This document shows, one piece after another, positions 1 to 10,418 of a stretch of DNA of 64,000 bases. The stretch comes from Auanema rhodensis (lineage: Eukaryota; Animalia; Nematoda). The notes under the pieces were generated by a model. The model saw nothing but the letters and a program-made list of their open reading frames with translations. It did not search any database and was not told where the DNA came from. The number at the start of each line of letters is the position of its first letter. The stretch's first letter is position 1. Location of the stretch: contig OZ059896.1 in assembly GCA_964057225.1 (NCBI GenBank), positions 15,066,001 to 15,130,000 on the forward strand, given 5' to 3'. Position numbers and translations under genes: made by a program.

Positions 1-1065
1 ACAAAAGTACATAAAAATTAAACAAGAGGCGTCGGGCTGGCCAAAGCCAAACATGACAGAGGAAGAAAAGGTATGTTTTAATAAAAGTATTACATTAAAT
101 AGAATTTTACAGGTAATATATCTCCAAGAGCACGAGGAGAACACTGGTGTTGCTCTGGAGAGCAATAAAATTGAGAAGAATGCTGCCATGCGTAGCATTG
201 CCAAACTGCAGCTAAATAGGTTTGTAAACTTTTTAAAACAATACATTACAAATTTGCTTATAGTGTCTGGGGTAAAATGGGTCAAAGACCAGATAAAGCC
301 CAAACCAAGATTATTGGTGTTGAGGACCCAGAAATTGGTAGGATCATTACTGATCCTGCAAGGGAACTCACTGGGTTCAAAATTGTGGATAATGTTGCGT
401 ACTGCACAACAGTACCAGAGGATTCACATTTGGCACCACCGCCTTTTACAAATGTAGCTATTGCGGCCTATACAACCGCTCATGCAAGGCTACTATTGTA
501 TAAGGCAATGGAGAAAATTGGAAAGAATTTGGTGTATACAGGTAATTTTATACTTTGTATTCAATTTAAACTTACATTATTTAGACACGGATTCTCTAAT
601 TTATCAAAGGTGCCTGGATGAGCCAGATCCAATTGAGGATATGAAGGGTGAATGGTTAGGTAAACTAACCTCTGAAATACCCGATGGTTGGTCAATGACC
701 AAGTTTGTGTCACCAGCAGCAAAAGTTTATAGTTATAAACTTGTAAATGCAGCTGGTGATGTGAAATATGTAACAAAGGCAAAGGGAGTGGTAAGTACGA
801 GCTTTGACTTTTCAAATAATTTTATAATTTTCAGACGTTGGACCACACGGCAGCGTCAGTGGTAAACTTTGAAAGTATGGAGCGACTGGTTCGCGGTCTC
901 GTTATGGATGGAGAGAAATTGGTTTTAAAAACCAATACAACCTTGTTAAAGAGGCAACTCGGTGCCATATCCACAATGGATATGACAAAAAGTACTAGAG
1001 TCGTAATGGATAAACTTTGTTATCTACAAGATTATAGTACTTTACCCTACGGTTATTGTGAATAA
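1..1065 (+). CDS. Protein-primed family B DNA polymerase (pPolB), 3' part, spliced; exons <1-70, 113-219, 264-541, 585-790, 835-1065
   Basis: Removing GT-AG introns 71-112, 220-263, 542-584 and 791-834 rebuilds KLQLNSVWGKMGQ (motif B), AAYTTAHARLLLY, YTDTDS (motif C), KAKGVTLD and the C-terminal TLPYGY typical of Polinton pPolB. Confidence 0.93.
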
Positions 1066-1202
1066 TATATTTGAATTTATAAATTTTTATCTTGTATATA
1101 TTTGAATTTATAAAATTTTATCATTGTACATGTATTTATTTTTAAAAATAGTTGTATTAATAAATTTTATTCTTAAATCTTTTAAAGAATTTATTACATA
1201 CA

Positions 1203-2537
1203 TTACAAACTGGTATCAATATATGGAGCACGATTGTTGTCAATTGAAAGAATAGAGTCATACTCTGCATAAACAATTGCATATAAGCCCTCTTGCGGCG
1301 TTTGTTGACCAAATTCCAATTTCAAGGCTACATTACCTTGTCGTATAACATCAAATAACTCTGACGAATGCACAGTAGGAGAAATATCAAATACAAAAAA
1401 TGTGAAACCAGCTTTATACATTGCTGGTGTAATACCATTGGATGAATCTGTACGACCAAGTCCCAAACCTTCCAGCATGTCAATATATGCTGTGGCATAG
1501 GAAGATCGCCATTCTAAATTATAAGGACGGGTAGGTATTACCCTATTGTTGAGCGTCAAGTATATATTTTTCAAATCAAACGGTTTAAAGTTGAATGGCG
1601 AATGTTTAAAAGTACCATTATAAGCGTGTGCGCCAACAAGACCTACTACAACACGTTTTGGTGTGTGAGACGTGAATAATATATTATTAGGTGAATCCAA
1701 GCGGCCTCCTTCTATGAAATAAGAGCGCATTTTCACTGATGTCATGGGGTAGTGTATTCGATCCTTTGCGAGTTTATCTTCTATAGCCATAGCTAATCCA
1801 GCGTTTAGATCAAACTCTTGAATGAGCAAATGTACATCGCTGATATCTACTTTCAAATTTGGAAACTCCTCCTTTAATGTAGTATCCTTGTTTTCATTAT
1901 TCCAGCCTAGAGTGTCAATTAAAAAGTTATCACGGTTTGGATATGCAGTTAGCTCCATTTTTGAATAGTTTACAAACAGTCGCTCTTGATTAAATAGGTC
2001 GATACTGACGGGAGCAGCCATCTCACACAATATGCCATTTTTTACAAGCGCTTGACGCGTTCTAAATCCAGCACTGGATGCATTATCTATATATCTATCA
2101 GCATAATATCCTGATATGGCAAGTTTGCTCTCTTTAACATCGTTGCTATACATTAAAATATTCTCGATATATGTTTTATAGGCATGATTCACGGTAGAGT
2201 CATACACGCTAACATCGCCAATTTTCAAATGATACGAATGTATTAAACTGGCAGCAAATTGTTGACATGGTGCAAAAACAAGGTTGTCTGGTACTGGATC
2301 ACCGTTTGTGGTTACAATTTTAAATTTTACATTCAACCAACATCTTCTCAGATTGAGGAATGATTTGGAATTTTGAGCTATAACAAATTCCCATGGTCCT
2401 TGAGGAAGAAAAGTATTTTTCAAAGGGACTTGTACAGTACGAGTAGACTCTACACCTAATGCCGACGCAGGTATATCACCATAGTTGATATTAGGTAAAA
2501 GGGCTTGTGCTGATTTTGAATCTATCAATTTAGCCAT
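1203..2537 (-). CDS. Polinton major capsid protein (double jelly-roll)
   Basis: 444 aa intact ORF with Polinton MCP-like motifs (PKRVVVGLV, AYNGTFKHSPFNFKPFDL, FFVFDISP, G-x-V-x-L-x-L-E-F, IVYAEYD); typical size and context. Confidence 0.88.
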   Translation of the reverse strand: MAKLIDSKSAQALLPNINYGDIPASALGVESTRTVQVPLKNTFLPQGPWEFVIAQNSKSFLNLRRCWLNVKFKIVTTNGDPVPDNLVFAPCQQFAASLIHSYHLKIGDVSVYDSTVNHAYKTYIENILMYSNDVKESKLAISGYYADRYIDNASSAGFRTRQALVKNGILCEMAAPVSIDLFNQERLFVNYSKMELTAYPNRDNFLIDTLGWNNENKDTTLKEEFPNLKVDISDVHLLIQEFDLNAGLAMAIEDKLAKDRIHYPMTSVKMRSYFIEGGRLDSPNNILFTSHTPKRVVVGLVGAHAYNGTFKHSPFNFKPFDLKNIYLTLNNRVIPTRPYNLEWRSSYATAYIDMLEGLGLGRTDSSNGITPAMYKAGFTFFVFDISPTVHSSELFDVIRQGNVALKLEFGQQTPQEGLYAIVYAEYDSILSIDNNRAPYIDTSL

Positions 2538-2990
2538 TTAAATGTGAAACGACCGCTCACGAGTGATGCACAACCGCTTATGAGGTTTTGTGGTTTTGCG
2601 TCGTCGCCGTTTGCCCAAGCCGGTAAGATCTCGTATAGCTTGTCGGCCGGCTGTTTTAAGAGTTTCCTTGATATTATCGCCTTTCAGCACCCCATCGACA
2701 ATTTCATTACCAGTTTTCAGCAACTGTCCGCCAAGAGGTGAATTTACAACTGGACTATTGCTTACAGCACTGGATAAGGCGTTTCTTCCGGCATTGATGA
2801 GATTTTGGGCTATAGGTGATTGAATGATGCGTGGTAGAAATGATGCCAAAGTTGCCAAAATACCACCCAAACCATGACCCCTCTGCATTCCACGTTGAAA
2901 CATCATTCCGCTAAATGGGGCGCCACCCATTTGTTGATTTAAAAGTGTTGTCCATTGAATAGAGTTGACATCCAAAAGGAGGTGCGGCAT
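2538..2990 (-). CDS. Small basic virion core/membrane-active protein with adenain-type cleavage motifs
   Basis: ATG at 2990; QMGG, QRGHGLGG and LTGLG motifs, amphipathic segment, basic KRRRRK tail; abuts the MCP start as in other Polintons. Confidence 0.65.
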   Translation of the reverse strand: MPHLLLDVNSIQWTTLLNQQMGGAPFSGMMFQRGMQRGHGLGGILATLASFLPRIIQSPIAQNLINAGRNALSSAVSNSPVVNSPLGGQLLKTGNEIVDGVLKGDNIKETLKTAGRQAIRDLTGLGKRRRRKTTKPHKRLCITRERSFHI

Positions 2991-3041
2991 ATCGAACCGC
3001 ACGCGCGCAATACAAAAGTTACACTAGATCATTCTACTAAA

Positions 3042-3497
3042 ATGTATTCGTCTGAAATAGTATCACTATTGCAATCTGTCCCCAGCACTCGGAAACTATT
3101 CCTCGGTGTATATAGCGCTGATACTCTACCCAAAACGCGTCGTAAAAACTTTGCACTTGTCGTAAATACTGACACACATGATAAGCCAGGCACACATTGG
3201 CAGGTCATCTTTGTCCGTAACAAGCAAGCCTATTTTTTCTGTAGCTTGGGATATAAAATGAACAAGTACATTCAAAATTATCTGGCCAAATATAAAAAGG
3301 TAAAAATTAATACTTGCAAACCACAACGTTTAATTGAATACACTTGTGGTGGCTATGTGGTATTTGTAATATTAATGTTGTCGGCTGGTAATTCATTTGA
3401 AAGCATTTGTTCATTTTTTAAACTATTGAAAAATGATGATGTCTTTATTAAAGCGTTTATGCATAAAGTATTCGACTATAAATTGGCTACTATATAA
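3042..3497 (+). CDS. Adenain-like cysteine (maturation) protease
   Basis: FLGVYSAD, VVNTDTHDKPGTHW (catalytic His), Q-x(5)-TCG (catalytic Cys). Confidence 0.9.
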   Translation: MYSSEIVSLLQSVPSTRKLFLGVYSADTLPKTRRKNFALVVNTDTHDKPGTHWQVIFVRNKQAYFFCSLGYKMNKYIQNYLAKYKKVKINTCKPQRLIEYTCGGYVVFVILMLSAGNSFESICSFFKLLKNDDVFIKAFMHKVFDYKLATI

Positions 3498-3538
3498 GAA
3501 ATTTGTCATTAATAACCTGCTACATTACGTGGTCAGTT

Positions 3539-3709
3539 ATGAATATTCCTTGTCACTGTGAATTATGTGTCAAATACACGTTGGAGCAATCTAAACCAGC
3601 GCCTTTATACAGGAGAATGTTGAAATGTATTTCAGTGCCATTTATTAAAGGTATAGCATTGGGATTGGGCTTTTGTACAACACTAGTCATATTATTGCTC
3701 ATTATATAA
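3539..3709 (+). CDS. Small hypothetical protein with Cys cluster and C-terminal hydrophobic segment
   Basis: CHCELC motif and hydrophobic C-terminus; fills the gap between protease and zinc-finger genes. Confidence 0.35.
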   Translation: MNIPCHCELCVKYTLEQSKPAPLYRRMLKCISVPFIKGIALGLGFCTTLVILLLII

Positions 3710-3750
3710 AAGTGGGTTGATTGCGTGTGGTCGTTTTTCATTTTCCTCTA

Positions 3751-4215
3751 ATGGAACTTTTATGTAACAAATATTGTGGTACATGCAAGGAAATATTTTC
3801 TTCAACCAAGCATTTTAGTGATCACGTTTTGAAAAGACATGCAGGGATTCAACCCATATGTAACAATTATATCAGCAATGCTGACTTTATTCAAAAATAT
3901 GGACATTTGGATGGTGTTCGTAGACGTTTGTGCCCTCATTGTAGTGAAACTTTTGGAACAAGATTCAATTGTGAGCGTCATATTCGGCGTATTCATAATA
4001 ATAATGGAACGAATGGTGAAGATGGTGATGGAAATGATACCAGCAAACCCTTTGAAAAAGCTGAGGAGTTTGTACATTCAACCCAATCAAAAAGATGCCG
4101 CAGCAATAGTGACGGAGAACATTCACAACACGAGCCGAGCGACAAACAAAACTGCCCTAAACTATCTTTTAAACCTTCGAAAATAAAAATGTGGTATTGT
4201 ATAACTGTTGAATAA
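3751..4215 (+). CDS. C2H2 zinc-finger protein
   Basis: Two C2H2 fingers: CGTC..F..HVLKRH and CPHC..F..HIRRIH. Confidence 0.75.
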   Translation: MELLCNKYCGTCKEIFSSTKHFSDHVLKRHAGIQPICNNYISNADFIQKYGHLDGVRRRLCPHCSETFGTRFNCERHIRRIHNNNGTNGEDGDGNDTSKPFEKAEEFVHSTQSKRCRSNSDGEHSQHEPSDKQNCPKLSFKPSKIKMWYCITVE

Positions 4216-4220
4216 AACGT

Positions 4221-5078
4221 TTATTTCATATTTTTAACATGCAATGTAACAACTGTAGAACCATAATTAAATTGCATAGGACGACCAAATTCATCTAAAA
4301 TTTCAATACGTATGGTATCGAGTGTTTGTCTAGTGATTGGTACATAACGAATAGGATTAAATGTTTTGGCAATCATTTTACCAAATTCAGTAGGAGGTGG
4401 TACAGGCAAACATGCAAGTAAATTAGCTTTCACATTACCAAGAATGGAATATTCTACAATATCACAATATATATACATTGTATTAATGTTATTTGAAAAA
4501 TCAATGGGACGCCTGGCTATTATTGTATCGTTGATGTTTTTATTTTCAAAACCAAGAAAATATGCAAAATCATCACCAAGCGTTGCATTCATTAATAGTC
4601 GCTTGCTTGTTACAAACTCTATGCGCTGCAATGTTTTGTTAAACTGAAATGTGGCGTCTGCGAGCATTTCCTCCACTAGCTTAGCCTCAGCCTGGCGATT
4701 ATTATACCATTTTTTTACATCTTCATCTTTATCTATTAAACTTTTTATACGTGCTTCTTCCTCAGCTCCAAGAGGCTTTGTATTGTTGGCGATAAATGAT
4801 TCTCTTCCAGCATTGATTCCGCGTATTATTTCATCACCATTTGCATAGTTGCCTTTAGGCAAGTGTAGAATAAATTTTCTATTGGAAAAACGTAGTGTAT
4901 AAGATAAATCTTTTTGAACATTTAATATAGAACAAGGAAAAATGATGTCTGTCAGCCCAATGCAATATCTATTATTGCGTAGCCTTAGTGTTTCAGGTAA
5001 TCTGGTAAGAAACACTGATGATGTATTACTTTTTTCAGAGTCAACTGATGATGGAAGAGTAATGTAAAAATCATCCAT
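4221..5078 (-). CDS. Polinton minor capsid (penton-like) protein
   Basis: N-terminal FYITLPS..N..S.F...LP..L.L; MYIYCDIVE, Y.P......I.I.I.D..GRP..F..G...VTLH C-terminus typical of the family. Confidence 0.82.
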   Translation of the reverse strand: MDDFYITLPSSVDSEKSNTSSVFLTRLPETLRLRNNRYCIGLTDIIFPCSILNVQKDLSYTLRFSNRKFILHLPKGNYANGDEIIRGINAGRESFIANNTKPLGAEEEARIKSLIDKDEDVKKWYNNRQAEAKLVEEMLADATFQFNKTLQRIEFVTSKRLLMNATLGDDFAYFLGFENKNINDTIIARRPIDFSNNINTMYIYCDIVEYSILGNVKANLLACLPVPPPTEFGKMIAKTFNPIRYVPITRQTLDTIRIEILDEFGRPMQFNYGSTVVTLHVKNMK

Positions 5079-5157
5079 GACAAACCACCACTTGATACGT
5101 GTACACTATTGCAAATGAAATCATTTGCATTTTAGGTACATTTACGAGTGGTTGATT

Positions 5158-5805
5158 ATGGTTTACAGCTTCAAACTACCCAGTCAGACAACTGTAATAG
5201 GTGCTACCCAATGCGGTAAAACAACCCTCATAAAGCACATATGTGAAAATACTGAAAAGTTTTTCAACGTCCCCATTGATAGAATATTCTGGTTCAGTCA
5301 ATGTGGGTCATCGTCAGGTGTACCAATAAATGATGAGCGTTTAATAATTATTCAAGGGCCTCCTGATCCTGATTTGATAAAAGAACAAAAGGGAGTAAAT
5401 ACTATACTAGTGCTGGATGATTTGATGAACTTTTTTTCATCGAATAAAGCAGCAAAGGAATTGCTCAACAACATTTTTACAGTATGGGCTCATCACTGGA
5501 ATTTGGCAGTGTTTAATCTTGTGCAAGCGGCATTTCAACTGGACAGGACCAGTCGAATCAATAGTACATATATAATACTGATGAAAAGTCATTCAGATAT
5601 ATTACAAATACGTAATTGTCTGCAGCAATTATTTGGGCCACGTTTCAAAAATGCTCTAGAGGCGTATGATGATGCAATGTCTACTCCCTATAGTCATTTA
5701 CTGATTGACAATCATCCTTTAACAAGTGAGAAGCAGCGTATACTATCTGATATAACAGCGGAGAACCCTATTGTTTATGTTGCCAGAAATGTGTTTAGTG
5801 TTTAA
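5158..5805 (+). CDS. A32/FtsK-like DNA packaging ATPase
   Basis: Walker A GATQCGKTT, Walker B ILVLDDLM, FTVWAHHWN and YSHLLID motifs. Confidence 0.92.
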   Translation: MVYSFKLPSQTTVIGATQCGKTTLIKHICENTEKFFNVPIDRIFWFSQCGSSSGVPINDERLIIIQGPPDPDLIKEQKGVNTILVLDDLMNFFSSNKAAKELLNNIFTVWAHHWNLAVFNLVQAAFQLDRTSRINSTYIILMKSHSDILQIRNCLQQLFGPRFKNALEAYDDAMSTPYSHLLIDNHPLTSEKQRILSDITAENPIVYVARNVFSV

Positions 5806-5817
5806 AGTGCTTGTTCA

Positions 5818-6126
5818 ATGAGTGGTCGTATTTTGTCAAATTTCAACTTTTTGTCTTCTTGCGCCAAAACTCCTTGTTCTGTTTCCTCATTTTCTTTTGC
5901 ACAAATTGAAATTATTGTTGAAATTGTATTTAATATTGTGAAAAATAATAATTTTCTTTTAACTAACAAGGAATATAAAACCCTCTTGCCCATATCGTCA
6001 TTATTACGTCAAATAGCTTTGATACGCACACCGGAAAAGGCTAAATCATTATTGGCAACGCTTTCACACAAACAATTGAAAACAATAGTTACATGTGGTA
6101 TTGCCTATTTTGGTTTTAAATCATGA
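5818..6126 (+). CDS. Hypothetical Polinton protein
   Basis: 102 aa ATG ORF packed between ATPase and next gene, with a 4-bp ATGA overlap. Confidence 0.55.
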   Translation: MSGRILSNFNFLSSCAKTPCSVSSFSFAQIEIIVEIVFNIVKNNNFLLTNKEYKTLLPISSLLRQIALIRTPEKAKSLLATLSHKQLKTIVTCGIAYFGFKS

Positions 6127-6839
6127 AGCTCAACCATAAATATCGACTAATTCCTGTCGACGAGGAAACAATTAATATAGACAAGTTTGATGCAGAGCTC
6201 AAGCTTTTACGAGAAAATAGAGCTATACCCGACTATAAAAAGGCTGAACTATACGAAGACTTGATTGCTCGTCTCAAAAACTATAGAGAAAGTATAGATG
6301 CGCCCATATCAGTACAAGTGGAAAATGTTGATCCACCTCTATTGCCAGAATACAAGTTGCCAAGAAAGTATAACAATTTGTGGGAGAAATTTCCAGAGGT
6401 GCGCACAAACAAGAATAACCAACTTGTGATTAATAATGAGGCTGTACCAAACACGAATATTACAAAAATTTTAGATTTTGTATTGGATAAAACAAAAACG
6501 GAGCCCAATGGATTTTCAGTCTTGTCAAAGTTTTTAGCCAGTAAAGGCGTACCAAGTTCTAACAAGAAACAAACTAGAAGAGAGTCGGCTGACAATGATT
6601 CAGTTGACGTTGTAACTAGAGCTGAACCGGCTGTTACAGACTTGGACTCTACTATATTACCTAGAACGCCTCGTCATCGTAAAGCTGTTATTCGATATTC
6701 ACCATCACCGGTTCGTACACTCAAAAGTAAAAGGTCAAAGACTTTTGATACTGCCGCCGAATCATATTACACACCACAAGAAGGAGACTCACAGAATGGC
6801 CAAGGTCGTAAAAGGTTCTACATTAGATTATGGAAATGA
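6123..6839 (+). CDS. Hypothetical Polinton protein (possible core protein)
   Basis: 238 aa; N-terminal KYRLIP, C-terminal SQNGQG adenain-type motif followed by a basic/W terminus. Confidence 0.6.
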   Translation: MKLNHKYRLIPVDEETINIDKFDAELKLLRENRAIPDYKKAELYEDLIARLKNYRESIDAPISVQVENVDPPLLPEYKLPRKYNNLWEKFPEVRTNKNNQLVINNEAVPNTNITKILDFVLDKTKTEPNGFSVLSKFLASKGVPSSNKKQTRRESADNDSVDVVTRAEPAVTDLDSTILPRTPRHRKAVIRYSPSPVRTLKSKRSKTFDTAAESYYTPQEGDSQNGQGRKRFYIRLWK

Positions 6840-7863
6840 TATTTTGGCGAGCATTTATTACGATATAAAACACCCAGCTTCATATACATCAGCCAAGAAT
6901 TTATTATCGCAAGCACGAAAACATGGCATTTCAAAGGTACAAGTTGATGATTTTTTGCAAGATTCTGAAACTTTTACACGACATAAACCAACCAGAATGC
7001 GTATGCAGACTAGAAAGACTAGAGGATGTGGTCGATTTCTAACAGTGCAAGCAGATTTGGTTGATATGCAAAAATATAAAAAATTAAACGACGGCTATGC
7101 TTACATGTTGACCATGATTGATGTTTATACACGCATGTTATATGTTAGGCCTTTGAAAACTAAAGGTGGTATAGAGGTTGCTAGTGCATTTGAAAGTTTA
7201 TTCAAGAATTTTATACCAATTCAGTTGATTACTGATAATGGCACAGAGTTTTATAATAGTCATTGTGAAAAACTATTCAAAAAGTTTGCCATACTGCACG
7301 GATCTACAAGTTCACCACAAAAGGCTGCAATGGTGGAGCGAGCAAATAGAACTTTAAAAACACGCATGATGAAATATCTCTATTACAAGAATAATCATCG
7401 TTGGATTGATATCCTAGATGATTTGGTTGAAGGAATAAACAAATCTTATAACCGCTCTATAAAAATGCGGCCCATTGATGTTAAAGCAAATATATTCATT
7501 GAAGAATATGCACCAGCTGTTAAAAGCCGCTTTAAAATTGGTGATACTGTTCGCATAAGCAAAAATAGGCGTACTTTTGAAAAAAGCTACGAGTCTGGAT
7601 ATACAATGGAGCTGTTCACAATTGATGAGGTTGTAACCGGAAACCCAACCGTGTATAAACTTGTAGATTATAATGGTGAACGTATAAAGGGAATATTCTA
7701 CGAACCTGAACTTGTCTTGGCTACTAATAAAAGCAACAAGTACTATATAGAAAAAGTTTTAAAAGAGCGTACTCGAAGCGGTAAACGTCAAGTATTTGTA
7801 AAATGGAGTGGATATCCCGACAACTTTAATGAATGGATAGATGCAGAAAATTTAAATGTATAA
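6796..7863 (+). CDS. Retroviral-like (c-int) integrase with C-terminal chromodomain
   Basis: QADLVDM, IDVYTR, ITDNGTEF, KAAMVERANRTLK DDE core; chromodomain YYIEKVLKER...FVKWSGYPDNFNEWI. Confidence 0.93.
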   Translation: MAKVVKGSTLDYGNDILASIYYDIKHPASYTSAKNLLSQARKHGISKVQVDDFLQDSETFTRHKPTRMRMQTRKTRGCGRFLTVQADLVDMQKYKKLNDGYAYMLTMIDVYTRMLYVRPLKTKGGIEVASAFESLFKNFIPIQLITDNGTEFYNSHCEKLFKKFAILHGSTSSPQKAAMVERANRTLKTRMMKYLYYKNNHRWIDILDDLVEGINKSYNRSIKMRPIDVKANIFIEEYAPAVKSRFKIGDTVRISKNRRTFEKSYESGYTMELFTIDEVVTGNPTVYKLVDYNGERIKGIFYEPELVLATNKSNKYYIEKVLKERTRSGKRQVFVKWSGYPDNFNEWIDAENLNV

Positions 7864-8161
7864 TTTTTCAATGTTATAAACAATTGTAATTATAATAAAT
7901 GATTTATTTGATATATCGCATAATGTAACAATAAAAAACCAGCAAAATACAAACAACAATTCAACCTGGAAAAAAAAAAAATGTAGACTATTCAAATTTT
8001 CAAATTCTTACCAGTTGGTTGATCATTCGTCCTCAATTGATGAGCCATTGATGGATATTCGCAAGAGCTGGAAAAAAAAAAATGTTACGGCTGAGAATAT
8101 AAAAATGCCACATAACAAAACAAGAATAAAACGCCAATTGTACTATTTGTGCTTGTTGTAG

Positions 8162-8749
8162 TCAAAATGAAGGATCAAAGCGGATAAACATGTTCAGGTT
8201 GAGTGCTTCAGGACTTAGTTTAAAGTAGAATACATTCTGCTTATAACCAAAAGTCTTTACAGTAGCCTCATCTGCATATATAACAATATAGCCCATATTG
8301 TTCAACAATTGCTTGCACGTCATGGTGTTATAAGAGCGCATCTAAAAAAAAATTATAAAATTGAAAATAAATAAATATGCAAGCTTACATTAATAGAAAA
8401 GTTTTCGGGCTTATAGTGACGAAACTCCTTCAAAAGACCCAACGCATCATTCCTTCCTCTACACTTTATACAGAGGCTGAAACAGTGATACTCGTCTATA
8501 ACCTGCAATGATTCCCTACAAGTTTTGCAGAGACAAATTGGTCTCATTAATACACTCCTTGGTGGAGTGCTCTCTCTCAGAATCTCCATCTGCTTTATTG
8601 GTGAATCTAAATTAAAGATTTAAAAAAGACAAGTTAAGGTTCATACCAAAACTTGTAAAATTTGGTGCTGGTGTGGGTGGTCGTGGTACTTCAGGTTCAG
8701 GCGATTTGCGCACAACATTTGTCACATCAGCAAGTACAGCACGCTTCAT
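8162..8749 (-). CDS. Spliced 166-aa accessory protein with N-terminal D-box, CDK-type sites and CxxC pairs; exons 8749-8647, 8606-8389, 8341-8162
   Basis: Two GT-AG introns (40 and 47 bp) keep the frame (103+218+180=501 nt); TATAAAA box ~150 bp upstream (8902-8908); starts MKRAVLADVTN. Confidence 0.7.
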
Positions 8750-9554
8750 TTCCGCTAAAGATCCAACTTTCTAAAATATAAGGCAAACTTGCAGAGAGGA
8801 GCAGTCTATGGCGATTGGCAAAGAGTGGCAGGAGATGGTGAAACGTCGGATCCTCGGATAGTCGGCAGAGCTGAAATGTAAATGTAGCAACATTGCCAAC
8901 CTTTTATACAAAGATTTTTGTAAAGTACAACCCATTGTGTTACAATCAAGTTTGCTGATGAAATTCTTTTATTAATTAGATTTTACAGCATATTTATGCA
9001 GATATACTCGTTGCCAGCAGTTGGCGCACTCTGAACCTGTAAACAATCTGCATATTAATTAGTTTTTACATCTCTTTAAACATTATTTTTACCGTTTGTA
9101 CCATAAACAACAGCCATCTCTGTAAAACATTTACGCTTTTTAAACTTTGCTTAATAGCTCATATATTAATCATAGTATACTTTTAAACCCATATTGTACC
9201 ACAAAACATATGACTGCCAACGTTTTATATGTAACAAATATTTCATTCTTTAATATTCACCAATGATTATATTACGAAACTAAAACTTTTGAAATGTTAA
9301 AATGATTATCCTATATTTAGACCCCCACAGTGCAGTTATTAGTGTTTATTAACCATCGATGTGCGTTGAGGTCAGCGCAACTGTTTGTTAATCTTATTGT
9401 ATTTACCTTCAATGTGTGCTCTATTTAGTTATTGTATTGTTATATTAGTAAAATAAAGTTTAAAACTAATCTTTTATTATAATTTGAAACTTTTACTTGT
9501 TAGAATAAATATAATTAATAACAATTTGTAATTTCAAAAATTAATAATTTAATG

Positions 9555-9704
9555 TCGTTCTTATCGAATTAACCTTCGATATGTGTTCCATTAAATTTTG
9601 GTATTTCATATCGTTCTTATCGAATTAACCTTCGATATGTGTTCCATTAAATTTTGGTATTTCATATCGTTCTTATCGAATTAACTTTCGATATGTGTTC
9701 CATT
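9555..9704. repeat. 56-bp tandem repeat (~2.7 copies) in Maverick terminal region
   Basis: TCGTTCTTATCGAATTAACCTTCGATATGTGTTCCATT... starts at 9555, 9611 and 9667. Confidence 0.9.
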
Positions 9705-9879
9705 GAATTACCCATAACAAGTACGGTGAACAAAACGATATACATGCAAAAATTTTACTGTTTTTTAAAATAAAAACAATACAAACACAATACAATAAAA
9801 AATAAACAAATCAAGTAAACAAACATTATTAATAAATATAATAAAGAAATAAAGAAATAAATAAAATTTAAAAACAAAT

Positions 9880-10085
9880 TTATATATTTAAAATTTAAAT
9901 ATAATTTATATATAAAATTTAAAGTTTAAATATAATTTATATATATAAAATTTAAATATAATTTAAATATTTAAAGTTTAAATATAATTTATATATATAT
10001 AAAATTTAAATATAATTTAAATATTTAAAGTTTAAATATAATTTATATATATATAAAATTTAAATATAATTTAAATATTTAAAAT
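9880..10085. repeat. Nearly pure-AT tandem repeat in Maverick terminal region
   Basis: Repeated AAAATTTAAATATAATTTAAATATTTAAAGTTTAAATATAATTTATATATAT units. Confidence 0.8.
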
Positions 10086-10237
10086 TAAGATTTTTATTTT
10101 TACTTAATATATTTAAAAATAATTAAAAATATATACATACATTTGAAAACGCATATTTAAATTTGATTTAAAAAAAAAAATCATGCTTTAAATCATGATT
10201 TTTAAATTTAAAAAAGGAAAATCCATGAACCATGATC

Positions 10238-10389
10238 CCAAAATATGATTTTAACAGCTGACGCTCAAAAATATGTTTTTGACAGCTGACGCGCCCCAAA
10301 AGTATGTTTTTAGCAGCTGACGCCCCCAAAAGTATGTTTTTGACAGCTGTTTGGGGGCGTGGTTAGTAAATTTTGCACGGCTCTCTACT
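10238..10389. repeat. Maverick subterminal ~30-bp repeats and terminal end (right TIR tip)
   Basis: Four CAGCTG-containing units (CAAAA.TATGTTTTT..CAGCTGACGC); inverted repeat ACGCCCCCAAA/TTTGGGGGCGT; terminal CTCTCTACT. The matching left TIR is not in the window. Confidence 0.75.
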
Positions 10390-10418
10390 CTCCGCTCTAC
10401 CAACTGAGCTATCGACGG
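10390..10418 (-). pseudogene. 5' fragment (nt 1-29) of a tRNA-Tyr gene disrupted by the Maverick
   Basis: Identical to the 5' 29 nt of the array tRNA and followed by the array spacer (10419-10456). Confidence 0.9.

Larger units (their letters stand above)
1..10389. mobile_element. Maverick/Polinton virus-like DNA transposon, right portion (left end outside window)
   Basis: Cluster of pPolB, major and minor capsid, adenain-like protease, packaging ATPase and retroviral-like integrase; AT-rich repeat-containing terminal region ending ...GGCTCTCTACT (reverse complement AGTAGAGAG, Polinton-type AG terminus), directly followed by a broken tRNA-Tyr gene. Confidence 0.95.

Noticed and set aside
53-1065. 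Four overlapping short ORFs suggesting a frameshifted pPolB pseudogene
   Set aside because: Frame changes are explained exactly by GT-AG introns that restore the catalytic motifs.
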